DNA of 40,545 bases from a virus. Taxonomy: Duplodnaviria; Caudoviricetes. Below the pieces are notes generated by a model. That model was not told the DNA's origin, did no database searches, and saw nothing but the letters and a program-made list of their open reading frames with translations. The stretch lies in the IMG/VR virus record IMGVR_UViG_3300006105_000042, positions 1-40,545 of that record; one strand, 5' to 3'. This document shows positions 1 through 10,259 of the stretch, one piece after another. The translations under genes and the position numbers were made by a program. How positions within the stretch are numbered: the first letter of the stretch is position 1; each line of letters begins with the position of its first letter.

Positions 1-1320
1 AATTTCAAGATTGCTATTCTAGCTAACAAAGAAAAACAAGCACGAGAAATTCTTTCAAGAATTCAATTAGCATTTGAGCATGTTCCTATTTGGTTACAAC
101 AAGGTGTAGTTGAATGGGCAAAGAGTCATATGAAACTCGAAAATAATTCAGTTATTACTGCATCATCTACATCATCAGATGCTATTCGTGGTACAACACA
201 GAACCTCGTATATCTTGATGAGTTTGCATTCGTACCTACAAATATTCAAGAAGAATTTATGACTTCAGTTTATCCTGCTATTACTGCAGGTCAGAAGACA
301 AAGATTCTTATTACATCAACACCTAAAGGAATGAATCTATTCTATAAACTTTGGACAGATTCAGAAGAAGGCAGAAATAAGTATAAACGGGTATCTGTAC
401 ACTGGTCAAATATTCCAGGAAGAGATGCTGCGTGGCGTGAAGAAACTATTTCAAATACTTCTGAAAGACAATTCCAACAAGAATTTGAATGTGAATTCTT
501 AGGTTCATCGAATACACTTATTGATTCTAAAAAGCTACAACAACTTACATATAAAAATCCTCTTATATCTCATAATGGTGTTGACATTTATGAACAACCT
601 ATGAAAGATCGTAGATATGTTCTTGTTGCTGATACTTCAAGAGGCGTTGATATTGATTATTCAGCATTCATAGTATTTGATATTACAGAAATTCCATATA
701 GAATAGCTTGTAAGTTTAGAAGAAGTGATATTCCGGCTCTTATGTATCCTAATGTTATCTATGAATTAGGTAATCATTATAATAATGCACTTGTACTTAT
801 TGAAACAAATGATATTGGTCAACAAGTAGTTGATATTCTTCATCATGACTTAGAATATGATGGAGTATTGACTACACAGATCAAAGGCCGTGCTGGTCAA
901 AAGGTTACCGGCGGATTTGGTAATCGTAAACCACAAATGGGTGTAAAGACTACTAAACAAGTAAAACGTATTGGTTGTGCTAACTTTAAAACTCTTGTAG
1001 AAAACAATAAACTTATTATTAATGATTTTGATTTATTATTTGAAATGACTCGCTTTGTTGAAAACAATGCATCATATGAAGCAGAAGAAGGCTTCCATGA
1101 TGACTTAGTTATGTGTTGTGTATTATTCTCATGGTTAGTAAATCAGAATTATTTTAAAGATGTATCAGATACAGATATCAGAAATACACTTATTGAAGAT
1201 ACAGAAGATGATGTTTTACCCTTTGGATTATATGATAATGGCAGTGCAGCAGATGATATTGCACAAATAGTAGATCCATATTTCGATGAAGATGCAGGTA
1301 TATTCAAATCGTTTTATTAA
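1..1320 (+). CDS. gp17: Terminase large subunit (5' truncated by window edge)
   Basis: Frame is open from base 1 (NFKIAILANKEKQAREILSRIQ...). Walker B LVYLDEFAFV, motif III ITSTPKG, RNase H-like nuclease acidic residues (VADTSRG, HDDLVM). Lies upstream of the sheath gene as in T4-like phages. Confidence 0.96.
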   Translation, partial: NFKIAILANKEKQAREILSRIQLAFEHVPIWLQQGVVEWAKSHMKLENNSVITASSTSSDAIRGTTQNLVYLDEFAFVPTNIQEEFMTSVYPAITAGQKTKILITSTPKGMNLFYKLWTDSEEGRNKYKRVSVHWSNIPGRDAAWREETISNTSERQFQQEFECEFLGSSNTLIDSKKLQQLTYKNPLISHNGVDIYEQPMKDRRYVLVADTSRGVDIDYSAFIVFDITEIPYRIACKFRRSDIPALMYPNVIYELGNHYNNALVLIETNDIGQQVVDILHHDLEYDGVLTTQIKGRAGQKVTGGFGNRKPQMGVKTTKQVKRIGCANFKTLVENNKLIINDFDLLFEMTRFVENNASYEAEEGFHDDLVMCCVLFSWLVNQNYFKDVSDTDIRNTLIEDTEDDVLPFGLYDNGSAADDIAQIVDPYFDEDAGIFKSFY

Positions 1321-1332
1321 AGTTACAGATTT

Positions 1333-1340
1333 TATAAATA
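1333..1340 (+). promoter_or_regulatory. T4-type late promoter
   Basis: Exact TATAAATA in the intergenic gap upstream of the sheath gene. Confidence 0.85.
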
Positions 1341-1395
1341 CCAATAGAACTTTTACTATATTACTTTCTTTTATTTTTGTATGAAGGAGACAAAA

Positions 1396-3543
1396 ATGGC
1401 CATTCAAATTAGTCCTGGTGTTAATGTAAGTGAGTTTGACCAAACTACTACAGTACCCGCAGTATCCACCACAATCGGTGCCATGGCAGGTATCTTTAAG
1501 TGGGGTCCAGTAGGCATCAAATCTTTTGTTACATCTGAAAATGATGTAGTAAATGTTTTTGGTAAGCCAACTGATTATAACTATGAAACATTCTTTACAG
1601 CAGCCAACTTCCTTTCATATGGAAATCAACTTTGGGTTGTTCGTGTTACAGATGGCGCATTTAATGCCGTTGCTCCAGTACTTGGTGCAAATGCCACTCC
1701 ACTAGCAACTGCTAACATCGAAGTTATGAACGTAGATGATTATAATTCAAACTACGCAGCGGCATCCGGTTCTCCATATAACTCTATCGCATTTGTTGCT
1801 AAGTATCCAGGTACTACAGGTAATAGCCTAAAGATCTCTGTATGCGACTCTCCTTCTGCATATCAACAAGTCATTAGCAACAATTCGGTAAACGATCAAG
1901 TATCTGGTGCTAATATTGCATCGGTTACATTTACATCTAACACCGGTTCAGCTAATGTAACAGTAACTGTAACAACAATTGTTGGTCTTGCAAATGCTTC
2001 TGTTTCGCAAGCAAATGCTGTTGCTGCTTACCTAGCAAATAGCGTACTGCAGGTTGGTAACTTCCTCGAAGTTGGTAACTCTTCATTAGGTTATCAGAAT
2101 CTGCAAATCACAGGAATTACTCCTTCTGGTACAACTGGTGGTACATCAGGTGCAGGATTTAATTCTACATTAACAGTTACTCTTGCAACTCCAGTTCTTC
2201 TGGGTGCAAACGTAGTACAGTCTAGTGCAAAAACATCTTGGGAATATTATAACCAAGTTCCAGGTGCACCAGCTACATCAGATTATCTGATGACTCGTGG
2301 ATTTACTGCAGATGACCAACTTCACGTAGTAGTTGCAGACGCAACTGGTGAAATTACAGGTACCGTTGGTGCAGTGGTTGAAGTATTCCCATTCCTGTCA
2401 CGTGCTACAGATGCTAAGACATCTCAAGGTGCAACATCGTACTATAAGAATGTTCTGAATAATACTTCAAAGTATATTTGGGCAGGTACAGTAGATTACG
2501 GTTCAGCTTCTTCCGCTAATGCAGCAACTGTTGCTTCTTCATCATCACTGCAGTCTTATAAGGCAGCAATGATCGGTGCTTCTGATGGTAACGGCGAAGC
2601 AAATTGCTCGCTTGCTGCTCTTCAGGGTGGATATGTTCTTTATCAATCAAAAGAAAATATTGATATTTCTCTGCTGCTCTGCGGTAAGGCTCGTGGTGCT
2701 TCTGCTGAAACATCATCGCCATCAAGCCCAGGTGTCAACTATGCTGTAATGTCAGATTATCTGATCAGCGAAATTGCAAACTATCGTAAGGATTGCGTTG
2801 CATTCATCTCGCCAGCTCTTCCTGACGCAGTTCCTCAGCAAGCCGGTGGAAGTGCACTGAATAATATTCTTGCCTTCTATAATAATCTGACCACTGCATC
2901 TTCTTATGCAGTAATGGATTCCGGTTATAAGTATCAATATGACCGTTATAACGACTTATATCGTTATGTACCTCTGAATGGTGACATTGCTGGTCTTTGT
3001 GCTTATACTGACCAAGTACGTGATCCTTGGTATTCACCAGCTGGATTCAATCGTGGTCAAATTAAGAATGTCGTAAAGCTTCCATTTAATCCAAATAAGG
3101 CTCAACGCGATCTTCTATATAACTCATACATTAACCCAGTTGTTACACTTCCAGGTCAAGGTACGGTTCTGCTAGGTGATAAGACTCTGCAAGGATTCCC
3201 ATCAGCATTCGATCGTATCAATGTTCGCAGACTGTTCATTACTGTTGAAAAAGCAATTGCAAAGGCAGCTCAATCGAGCCTCTTTGAAATTAACAATGCT
3301 TATACACGTGCACAGTTTGTAAATTATGTTTCACCTTACCTGCGTGATATTCAGGGCAGAAACGGTATCTATAATTTCATCGTGGTATGTGATGCAACAA
3401 ACAACACTCCTCAGGTAATCGACTCTAACCAATTTGTTGGAGACATTTACATTCAACCAGCAAAGTCAATCAACTTCATTCAGTTGAACTTTGTTGCTGT
3501 TAGAACAGGTGTTGACTTCTCTACCATTATTGGCAATTTCTAA
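1396..3543 (+). CDS. gp18: Tail sheath protein
   Basis: N-terminal ISPGVNVSEFD; C-terminal PWYSPAGFNRGQI, FDRINVRRLF and SINFIQLNFVAVRTGVDF. Start moved to ATG 1396, which follows the SD AAGGAG. Confidence 0.96.
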   Translation: MAIQISPGVNVSEFDQTTTVPAVSTTIGAMAGIFKWGPVGIKSFVTSENDVVNVFGKPTDYNYETFFTAANFLSYGNQLWVVRVTDGAFNAVAPVLGANATPLATANIEVMNVDDYNSNYAAASGSPYNSIAFVAKYPGTTGNSLKISVCDSPSAYQQVISNNSVNDQVSGANIASVTFTSNTGSANVTVTVTTIVGLANASVSQANAVAAYLANSVLQVGNFLEVGNSSLGYQNLQITGITPSGTTGGTSGAGFNSTLTVTLATPVLLGANVVQSSAKTSWEYYNQVPGAPATSDYLMTRGFTADDQLHVVVADATGEITGTVGAVVEVFPFLSRATDAKTSQGATSYYKNVLNNTSKYIWAGTVDYGSASSANAATVASSSSLQSYKAAMIGASDGNGEANCSLAALQGGYVLYQSKENIDISLLLCGKARGASAETSSPSSPGVNYAVMSDYLISEIANYRKDCVAFISPALPDAVPQQAGGSALNNILAFYNNLTTASSYAVMDSGYKYQYDRYNDLYRYVPLNGDIAGLCAYTDQVRDPWYSPAGFNRGQIKNVVKLPFNPNKAQRDLLYNSYINPVVTLPGQGTVLLGDKTLQGFPSAFDRINVRRLFITVEKAIAKAAQSSLFEINNAYTRAQFVNYVSPYLRDIQGRNGIYNFIVVCDATNNTPQVIDSNQFVGDIYIQPAKSINFIQLNFVAVRTGVDFSTIIGNF

Positions 3544-3568
3544 TAGAACGAATTAAAGGAGAAACATC

Positions 3569-4132
3569 ATGCCTGTAAGTTTTAGCGTTTCAAACTTCAA
3601 GAGTAACTTTGCACTGGGTGGCGCTCGTCCTACTCTGTTCCAAGTTACTCTTACTGCACCAAGTATTGTAGGTGGAATTGACCTAACAGCCTCTCCATTC
3701 CTAGTAAGCTCGGCAAATCTTCCATCGTCAGATCTGGGTCTTATCTCAGTTCCTTACTTTGGTCGTGTACTGAAGCTTGCTGGGGATAGAACATTCCCAA
3801 CATGGAGTACAACAGTTCTGAATGATGAAAACTTCATCATCCGTAACTCACTGGAAACATGGTCAAATGCTATTAATCAAATGAGAGGAAATGCTCGTCT
3901 GAGCACCGGTCTTTCAATTGCTTATAAGACTGACGCAACAGTAACACAATATGATAAGCTTGGAAATGAACTCCGTACATATAGATTTGAAGGTCTATAT
4001 CCAGGTAGAATTCAAGCCATTGATCTTGGCTGGGATAGAACTGACCGTATCGAAGAGTTCGTAGTCGATTGGGAATATGATAATTGGGTGCTCGATTCTG
4101 GCGTTACAGGAAGTATCGGCAATCAAGGATAA
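3569..4132 (+). CDS. gp19: Tail tube protein
   Basis: GGARPTLFQV, GRVLKLAGDRTFPTWSTTVLNDENF and IEEFVVDWEYD motifs; position between sheath and portal. Confidence 0.95.
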   Translation: MPVSFSVSNFKSNFALGGARPTLFQVTLTAPSIVGGIDLTASPFLVSSANLPSSDLGLISVPYFGRVLKLAGDRTFPTWSTTVLNDENFIIRNSLETWSNAINQMRGNARLSTGLSIAYKTDATVTQYDKLGNELRTYRFEGLYPGRIQAIDLGWDRTDRIEEFVVDWEYDNWVLDSGVTGSIGNQG

Positions 4133-4166
4133 TATATAGTATACGTCGACTTTAGGAGTATATGAT

Positions 4167-5876
4167 TTGGCTATTCAGCTATTTGGCTTTGAGATTAAAA
4201 GAAGTAATGAAGATAAGGATATCCCGTCATTTGCCATTCAAGAGGTAGATGACGGGGCCTTAACTGTATCTGCTGGTGGTGCTTACGGTACTTATCTAGA
4301 CTTAGAAGGTTCAGCTAAGACTGAAGCCGAGCTCGTAGCAAAATACAGAGAAATGTCATTGCAACCAGAATGTGAAGGTGCCATTGACGAAATTGTAAAT
4401 GAAGCAATTGTCAAAGATGGCAATAAAGAAATCGTTGATATTAATCTAGACAATTTAGATTTGTCAGATAATATTAAGGATATGATTAGTGATGAATGGA
4501 ATCTTATTGCTGAATTATTAAACATCAATAACTATGGATTTGAAATTTTCCGCAGATGGTATGTTGATGGCCGTTTGTCTTATCACGTGATGATTGATGA
4601 AAACAATCCTCGTGCTGGTATTCAAGAACTTAGATATATTGATCCTCGTAAGATCAGAAAAATTAGAACAATTAAAAGAGAACGCCGTGGAAATGTTTTT
4701 ATTAACATAACCACTGATGAATTCTATATGTATAATGAACGTGGTTTCCGTGGTGCCAGTGCTACAGGTATGGATAACCAAGGTCTGAGAATTGCTAAAG
4801 ATTCTATCCTCCATGTCACATCCGGGCTCATGGATAAGGATAATCGTTTAGTCCTAGGATATCTACATAAAGCAATCAAACCTCTTAACCAACTACGTAT
4901 TCTTGAAGATGCAACTGTTATCTATCGTATTTCTCGTGCACCTGAACGTCGTATTTTCTATATCGATGTAGGTAACCTTCCTAAGATGAAGGCTGAGCAA
5001 TATGTAAAAGATATGATGACTAAGCATAAGAATCGTTTAGTCTATGATGCTACAACCGGTGATCTTAGAGATGACCGTAAGTTCATGACCATGCTTGAAG
5101 ATTATTGGCTACCTCGTCGTGAAGGTGGTCGTGGTACTGAAATCTCGACTTTGCCTTCTGGTCAGAATCTTGGTGAACTTTCAGATGTTATGTACTTTGA
5201 AAAGAAGTTATTCAAGTCACTTAATGTTCCTATGTCAAGAATTAATTCTGATCAGTCAGGATTTAATATTGGTCGTTCAGCAGAAATTACTCAAGATGAA
5301 CTTAAGTTCCAAAAGTTCATTGGTCGTCTTCGTTTAAGATTTGCTCAATTATTCTTGCAAGCTCTTGAAAAGCAATTAGTACTTAAGGGTATTTGTACTC
5401 TTGATGAGTGGGAACAGTTCAAGAATAAGATTCACTTTAACTTCAATCAAGATAATTACTTCAGTGAACTTAAAGATGCAGAAATTCTTCGTGAAAGACT
5501 TACAACTCTTCAACAGATAGAACCATTTGTGGGAGTATATTACTCTAGAGAATGGATCGAGAAAAATATTCTGATGATGTCTGATGAAGATCGTGAAGCT
5601 ATGAAGACAGAAATTGATGCTGAGAAGCCTGCAGAATTAGAGCGTCAACAACAAATGATGGCAGCACAACAAGGTATGGTTGGTCAAGATGCTGGTGGTG
5701 AAGATGCAGAAGGTGGTGATCAACAGTCACAGGGTGGAGATGCTTCTGCTGAGCCTGCACAATCTGAAGATCCTAAAGCACCTAAAGCAAAGCAAGCATT
5801 TAAAACAACAACTGTTCATAGAAAAAACAAAACATTCACACGAAAAGTACCGGAAAGACTTCCGAGTAATTTTTGA
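4167..5876 (+). CDS. gp20: Portal vertex protein (TTG start)
   Basis: YLHKAIKPLNQLRILEDATVIYRISRAPERRIFYIDVGNLPK and MLEDYWLPRREGGRGTEISTLP; SD AGGAG upstream of the TTG. Confidence 0.97.
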   Translation: MAIQLFGFEIKRSNEDKDIPSFAIQEVDDGALTVSAGGAYGTYLDLEGSAKTEAELVAKYREMSLQPECEGAIDEIVNEAIVKDGNKEIVDINLDNLDLSDNIKDMISDEWNLIAELLNINNYGFEIFRRWYVDGRLSYHVMIDENNPRAGIQELRYIDPRKIRKIRTIKRERRGNVFINITTDEFYMYNERGFRGASATGMDNQGLRIAKDSILHVTSGLMDKDNRLVLGYLHKAIKPLNQLRILEDATVIYRISRAPERRIFYIDVGNLPKMKAEQYVKDMMTKHKNRLVYDATTGDLRDDRKFMTMLEDYWLPRREGGRGTEISTLPSGQNLGELSDVMYFEKKLFKSLNVPMSRINSDQSGFNIGRSAEITQDELKFQKFIGRLRLRFAQLFLQALEKQLVLKGICTLDEWEQFKNKIHFNFNQDNYFSELKDAEILRERLTTLQQIEPFVGVYYSREWIEKNILMMSDEDREAMKTEIDAEKPAELERQQQMMAAQQGMVGQDAGGEDAEGGDQQSQGGDASAEPAQSEDPKAPKAKQAFKTTTVHRKNKTFTRKVPERLPSNF

Positions 5877-5882
5877 TAAATA
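5875..5882 (+). promoter_or_regulatory. Late promoter variant
   Basis: GATAAATA overlapping the portal stop, upstream of the SD AGGAG of the next gene. Confidence 0.6.
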
Positions 5883-5900
5883 AAATAATAGGAGAATATT

Positions 5901-6077
5901 ATGGACGATTATACAGCAGATGATCTTGTAGACTTTATTTTAGGTAAAGATTTTCTCAATGCAAAAGACGCATTGAATACTATTATGTTTGATAAGGTCG
6001 GCAGTGCACTTGAAGACATGAAAGCTCAAGTTGCTGATAAAATGTTTAATTCAGAGCCCGAGGAAACAGATGACTAA
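5901..6077 (+). CDS. Small acidic prohead core protein (gp67-like), missed by the ORF track
   Basis: 58 aa, MDDYTADDLVDFILGKDFLNAKDALNTIMFDKVGSALEDMKAQVADKMFNSEPEETDD. SD AGGAG; position directly after the portal matches T4 gene 67. Confidence 0.8.
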   Translation: MDDYTADDLVDFILGKDFLNAKDALNTIMFDKVGSALEDMKAQVADKMFNSEPEETDD

Positions 6078-6897
6078 ACCAAGAAGTTCAAAACCTTTTA
6101 AGCCGGCTTATGAGCTCAATCCTCAGGGCGAGAAGCGTTTCGCTGATGGCGAAAAAAAATTCTTCGACAAGCACGAAGTAGAAATGACCAATGATGTAAA
6201 CTATTGCGATCATGAAGATCAAGAAGATGCTACACATCAAGGTAATACTACTAAGGATAAGACTCGTAAAACCGATAAGACAAATAAGGCTAATGTCGAA
6301 CCAAAGAATGTCGATGAAGAACACATGACTGCTAAGCAAAAAGAGCGTCGTGAAAAGATTGTCAAGGCTATGAAAACTAAAGTAGCCGGTTTCAAGAAGC
6401 GTTATGGCGAGCGGGCCAAGGATGTTATGTATGCCACTGCTACAAAAACTGCCATGGGTGAATCTATGGATGGTGCAACATCAGATAATCCTGGTGCAGG
6501 TTCATCATCAGTAGGTGGTGGTACTATTGATAAGTCTCAAGTAGATGCTGGTCATGTACATCCAGATAGCCGTGGTTCTACTCAAACAAAAGATGTACTT
6601 GAAAAGATTGCAATGCAAGCGGCAGAACTTCATGATAGTCTAGATGATAAAGAACTAGATGGCGATATCATGGGTCAGCTTACTGAAATTAAAGATTCTT
6701 TAGATCAAGTATTTGAAACCATTACAAATAGTGGAAATAAGTCAGATAAAGATAAGACCGATGATAGTGCACCTGATGCAGAACAAGGTCGTGAAATGAA
6801 GACTGAATCTTATAAGCCAATGAGTAAAGGTTTAAAGAATATTGTTGATAAGCATAAAGTAGGTGCACCTCTTACTATGAGAGGAGATCAAAACTAA
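6070..6897 (+). CDS. Probable head-internal/prohead core protein
   Basis: ATG 6070 follows GAGG. Charged, low-complexity protein between the gp67-like gene and gp21, with a basic module (REKIVKAMK...RYGERAKDVMYATATK). Stop overlaps the gp21 start (TAATG). Confidence 0.65.
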   Translation: MTKPRSSKPFKPAYELNPQGEKRFADGEKKFFDKHEVEMTNDVNYCDHEDQEDATHQGNTTKDKTRKTDKTNKANVEPKNVDEEHMTAKQKERREKIVKAMKTKVAGFKKRYGERAKDVMYATATKTAMGESMDGATSDNPGAGSSSVGGGTIDKSQVDAGHVHPDSRGSTQTKDVLEKIAMQAAELHDSLDDKELDGDIMGQLTEIKDSLDQVFETITNSGNKSDKDKTDDSAPDAEQGREMKTESYKPMSKGLKNIVDKHKVGAPLTMRGDQN

Positions 6898-7559
6898 TGA
6901 AACTTATCTGCGAATCCATTACAGACGTTAAGATTATTAAAGAATCTACAGAGTCTGGAAAGAAGGATCTATTCATTGAAGGTCCATTTCTTATGGGCGA
7001 TAAGCCTAATCGTAATGGTCGTATCTATGAGAGTCGCGTTCTTGCTAAAGAAGTTGCAAGATATAATGAAAATTATATCAAGCATAATCGTGCTTATGGA
7101 GAACTAGGCCATCCTGATGGTCCCGGTATTAATCTTGATAGAGTATCACATTTAATTACAAGATTAGAACAAGATGGTTCTAACTTTGTTGGTCGTGCAA
7201 AAATTACTGAGACTCCTATGGGAAATATTGCTAGAGGTATTCTAGAATCTGGTGGAACACTTGGTGTTTCTTCAAGAGGTCTAGGTACTTTGACTAAGAA
7301 TAGAGAAGGCTTTATGATGGTAGGTGATGATTTTCAGTTAGCAACTGCTGCTGATATTGTTGCTGATCCTTCAGCACATATTGCTTTTGTTGAAGCCATT
7401 ACTGAAAATGTAAATTGGGTTTTTGATAATGGTAACTGGAAAGCAGTTCAAGCGGCCGAAGAAATTCAAAAAGAAATAAAGACCATGACACGCAGACAAG
7501 TCACTGAATCTCAGATGGTTATGTTTGAGCGTTATATTAATTCACTTGTATCAAAATAA
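6897..7559 (+). CDS. gp21: Prohead protease
   Basis: NRNGRIY, AYGELGHP, INLDRVSH, LGVSSRGLG and DIVADPSA motifs. Confidence 0.96.
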   Translation: MKLICESITDVKIIKESTESGKKDLFIEGPFLMGDKPNRNGRIYESRVLAKEVARYNENYIKHNRAYGELGHPDGPGINLDRVSHLITRLEQDGSNFVGRAKITETPMGNIARGILESGGTLGVSSRGLGTLTKNREGFMMVGDDFQLATAADIVADPSAHIAFVEAITENVNWVFDNGNWKAVQAAEEIQKEIKTMTRRQVTESQMVMFERYINSLVSK

Positions 7560-7566
7560 AAGAAAT

Positions 7567-7574
7567 TATAAATA
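7567..7574 (+). promoter_or_regulatory. T4-type late promoter
   Basis: Exact TATAAATA between gp21 and gp22. Confidence 0.85.
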
Positions 7575-7604
7575 GTTTATAATCATTCCAAAGGAGTCAA
7601 AACT

Positions 7605-8777
7605 ATGGCAGGTAGAAAGAACTCGAGCGAGCGCTTTATTGTTGAAAAAGAAGCATCTGATGGTATTTCCCACGATGCAGACGTACACAATGCAGGTGAT
7701 ACTTCTCGCTCGGCTGATAAGACCGGCGACGGCGAAACATATAATATGACCACAAAGTCAGAAGTACTTAGTGCACTGATGAATTCGATGTCTGGTATGG
7801 ACCTTAATAAGCTTAATGACATTTATAAGGGTCTTAATAGCGTTTCCGGTAAGGCTGCTCGTCCAGCAGATAAGAAGGCCGGTGAAACTGCTCAAGTACA
7901 TACTTCTCCTTCGGATGCTAAGGGTATGAACCCAAACGGCGACCCTGCTGATGCCGGTGGTTCTGCTCCTTATGCTCACTCGGTTGCTCTAGGTAACGGT
8001 GAAAATTCACCAATTTATACTTCACCAACTTCCGTAAAGCCATATACCGCTAAGGAAGATATTGACACTATGTTTGACGGTGATGAGCTCTCAGAAGAGC
8101 TAATGGAAAAAGCAACTATTGTATTTGAAGCTGCTGTAAACGCACGTATTATTGCAGAATCAGCTAAGTTAGAAGAAGAATTTAATTCTCGTTTAACTGA
8201 AGCTGTTGAAGAAATTCGTTCCGAAATTGTAGAACATGTTAATAATTATCTCTCTTATGCCGTCGCAGAATGGGTTGAAGAGAATGAAGTGGCAATTGAA
8301 TCTGGTATTAAAACTGAAATGGCTGAAGAATTCATGCTTAATCTTAAGCAAGTATTTGAAGCCAACTACGTTGACGTATCGGATACAAATGTAGATGTTA
8401 TGGCTGAAATGGTTGAAAAGATTGAAGAGTTGGAAACAGCTCTTAATGAACAAATTGAAAAGACTATGGAACTTGAAAGAGAAAATGAAGACTCACAAGT
8501 CGACTCCATTTTCAATTCAATGTGTGAAGGCCTTGCAAAGACACAAGCCGAAAAGCTTGCCGTCCTAGCAGAAGGTGTAACTTATGAATCTCCAGCTGAC
8601 TTTGAAAGAAAGCTTCATGTCATCAGAGAAACATATTTTCCATCAAACAGATCAACATCCAACGCTTCTTCATTAACTGAAGAAACTGTAGAAGATGATG
8701 GCGATGCCGATCATGTTCCTACTACAGGACCTATGGCTGCTTATGTACAAGCCATATCTAAGACTGTCAAGAAATAA
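7605..8777 (+). CDS. gp22: Prohead core scaffold protein
   Basis: Acidic coiled coil with KATIVFEAAV, YLSYAVAEWVEENEVAIESGIKTEMAEEF and a C-terminal MAAYVQAISK; lies between gp21 and gp23. Confidence 0.92.
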   Translation: MAGRKNSSERFIVEKEASDGISHDADVHNAGDTSRSADKTGDGETYNMTTKSEVLSALMNSMSGMDLNKLNDIYKGLNSVSGKAARPADKKAGETAQVHTSPSDAKGMNPNGDPADAGGSAPYAHSVALGNGENSPIYTSPTSVKPYTAKEDIDTMFDGDELSEELMEKATIVFEAAVNARIIAESAKLEEEFNSRLTEAVEEIRSEIVEHVNNYLSYAVAEWVEENEVAIESGIKTEMAEEFMLNLKQVFEANYVDVSDTNVDVMAEMVEKIEELETALNEQIEKTMELERENEDSQVDSIFNSMCEGLAKTQAEKLAVLAEGVTYESPADFERKLHVIRETYFPSNRSTSNASSLTEETVEDDGDADHVPTTGPMAAYVQAISKTVKK

Positions 8778-8782
8778 GATAA

Positions 8783-8796
8783 TATAAATATAAATA
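8783..8796 (+). promoter_or_regulatory. Two overlapping late promoters for the major capsid gene
   Basis: TATAAATATAAATA contains two TATAAATA boxes (8783-8790 and 8789-8796). Confidence 0.85.
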
Positions 8797-8822
8797 ACCT
8801 ATCAACAAGGGAGATATAAAAC

Positions 8823-10202
8823 ATGTTTCTTAACGAAGAAATTCAAAAAAAGTGGAAGCCATTAATTGAGCATCCTGATTTAGAGCCAATTAAGGACGCC
8901 CACAAGCGTGCTACAATTGCTCAGCTGCTGGAAAACACTGAAAGAGACATGTCTCAGACCGGTGGTTTTGGTGGTCAACAAGCTCTTCTCGAGTATTCTG
9001 GTGCTGCTCCAGCAACAGGTATCGGTGGTGTTAATAACTACGATCCAGTACTTATTTCGCTGGTTCGTCGTTCGATGCCAAACCTGATCGCTTATGACAT
9101 CTGCGGCGTTCAGCCAATGACCGGACCAACAGGTCTGATCTTTGCTCTGCGTCCTCAGTACGACTCGCAGTCGGGTGCCAACGCATTCTACAATGAAGCA
9201 AATACCGGACAGTCGACATTCCCAGGTGGTGCAAATGCTGCTCTTGCTGGTAATACTTCGCTTGTTGGTTATGCTAACAACAATCTCGGCGGTCTGTACG
9301 ACGGTACACTGAAGACTGGTAATAACGTTGTTTCCGGTAACTCGCAACAGTATAACTTTGCTGGTGGTATGCCAACATCGTATGCTGAAGCTCTGGGTTC
9401 AACTGCATATAACCAAGACTTCCGTCAAATGTCGTTCTCGATCGACAAGGTAACCGTTCAGGCACAATCGCGTGCTCTGAAGGCCGAGTATTCAATGGAA
9501 CTGGCACAAGACCTGAAGGCAATTCATGGTCTGGACGCTGAGACCGAACTGTCGACAATTCTTTCGGCTGAAATCCTTTCGGAAATCAATCGTGAAATCG
9601 TTCGTACAGTAAACCTCACAGCCGTTGCTGGTGCTATTGAAACAACCACAGCTGGTGTATTCGACCTTGACGTAGACTCAAACGGACGTTGGTCAGTTGA
9701 GAAGTTCAAGGGTCTGATGTTCCAGATTGAACGTGAAGCAAATTACATTGCAAAGAATACACGTCGTGGTAAGGGTAACCTGATCATCTGTTCTTCGGAT
9801 GTTGCTTCTGCTCTTCAAATGGCAGGTGTTCTGGATTATGCTCCAGCACTCAACAGCAATAATCTGCAAGTTGATGACACAGGTAATACATTCGCTGGTG
9901 TTCTTAACGGACGCATGAGAGTGTATGTAGACCCATATGCTGCTGGTAACTATATCACAGTAGGTTATAAGGGTGCATCGGCATTCGACGCCGGTCTATT
10001 CTATTGCCCATACGTACCTCTGCAAATGGTACGTGCTGTTGGTCAAGACACCTTCCAGCCAAAGATTGGATTCAAGACACGTTACGGCGTCGTTGCAAAT
10101 CCATTCGCCTTCGGAAACAACTCACAGGGTTATACACCAGGTGCTCTTCTGCAGGGCTCGAACGTATACTACCGCAGAGTTCAAGTACAAAATCTTCTGT
10201 AA
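8823..10202 (+). CDS. gp23: Major capsid protein
   Basis: LIAYDICGVQPMTGPTGLIFA, ELAQDLKAIHGLDAETEL and FQPKIGFKTRYG motifs. Confidence 0.98.
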   Translation: MFLNEEIQKKWKPLIEHPDLEPIKDAHKRATIAQLLENTERDMSQTGGFGGQQALLEYSGAAPATGIGGVNNYDPVLISLVRRSMPNLIAYDICGVQPMTGPTGLIFALRPQYDSQSGANAFYNEANTGQSTFPGGANAALAGNTSLVGYANNNLGGLYDGTLKTGNNVVSGNSQQYNFAGGMPTSYAEALGSTAYNQDFRQMSFSIDKVTVQAQSRALKAEYSMELAQDLKAIHGLDAETELSTILSAEILSEINREIVRTVNLTAVAGAIETTTAGVFDLDVDSNGRWSVEKFKGLMFQIEREANYIAKNTRRGKGNLIICSSDVASALQMAGVLDYAPALNSNNLQVDDTGNTFAGVLNGRMRVYVDPYAAGNYITVGYKGASAFDAGLFYCPYVPLQMVRAVGQDTFQPKIGFKTRYGVVANPFAFGNNSQGYTPGALLQGSNVYYRRVQVQNLL

Positions 10203-10228
10203 TAATAAAAATAAAATCAGAAGTACTT

Positions 10229-10259
10229 GGGGGAGATCGAAAGGTCTCCCCCTTTTTTT
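10229..10259 (+). terminator. Rho-independent terminator of the capsid operon
   Basis: GGGGGAGATC-GAAA-GGTCTCCCCC stem-loop followed by T7. Confidence 0.92.
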
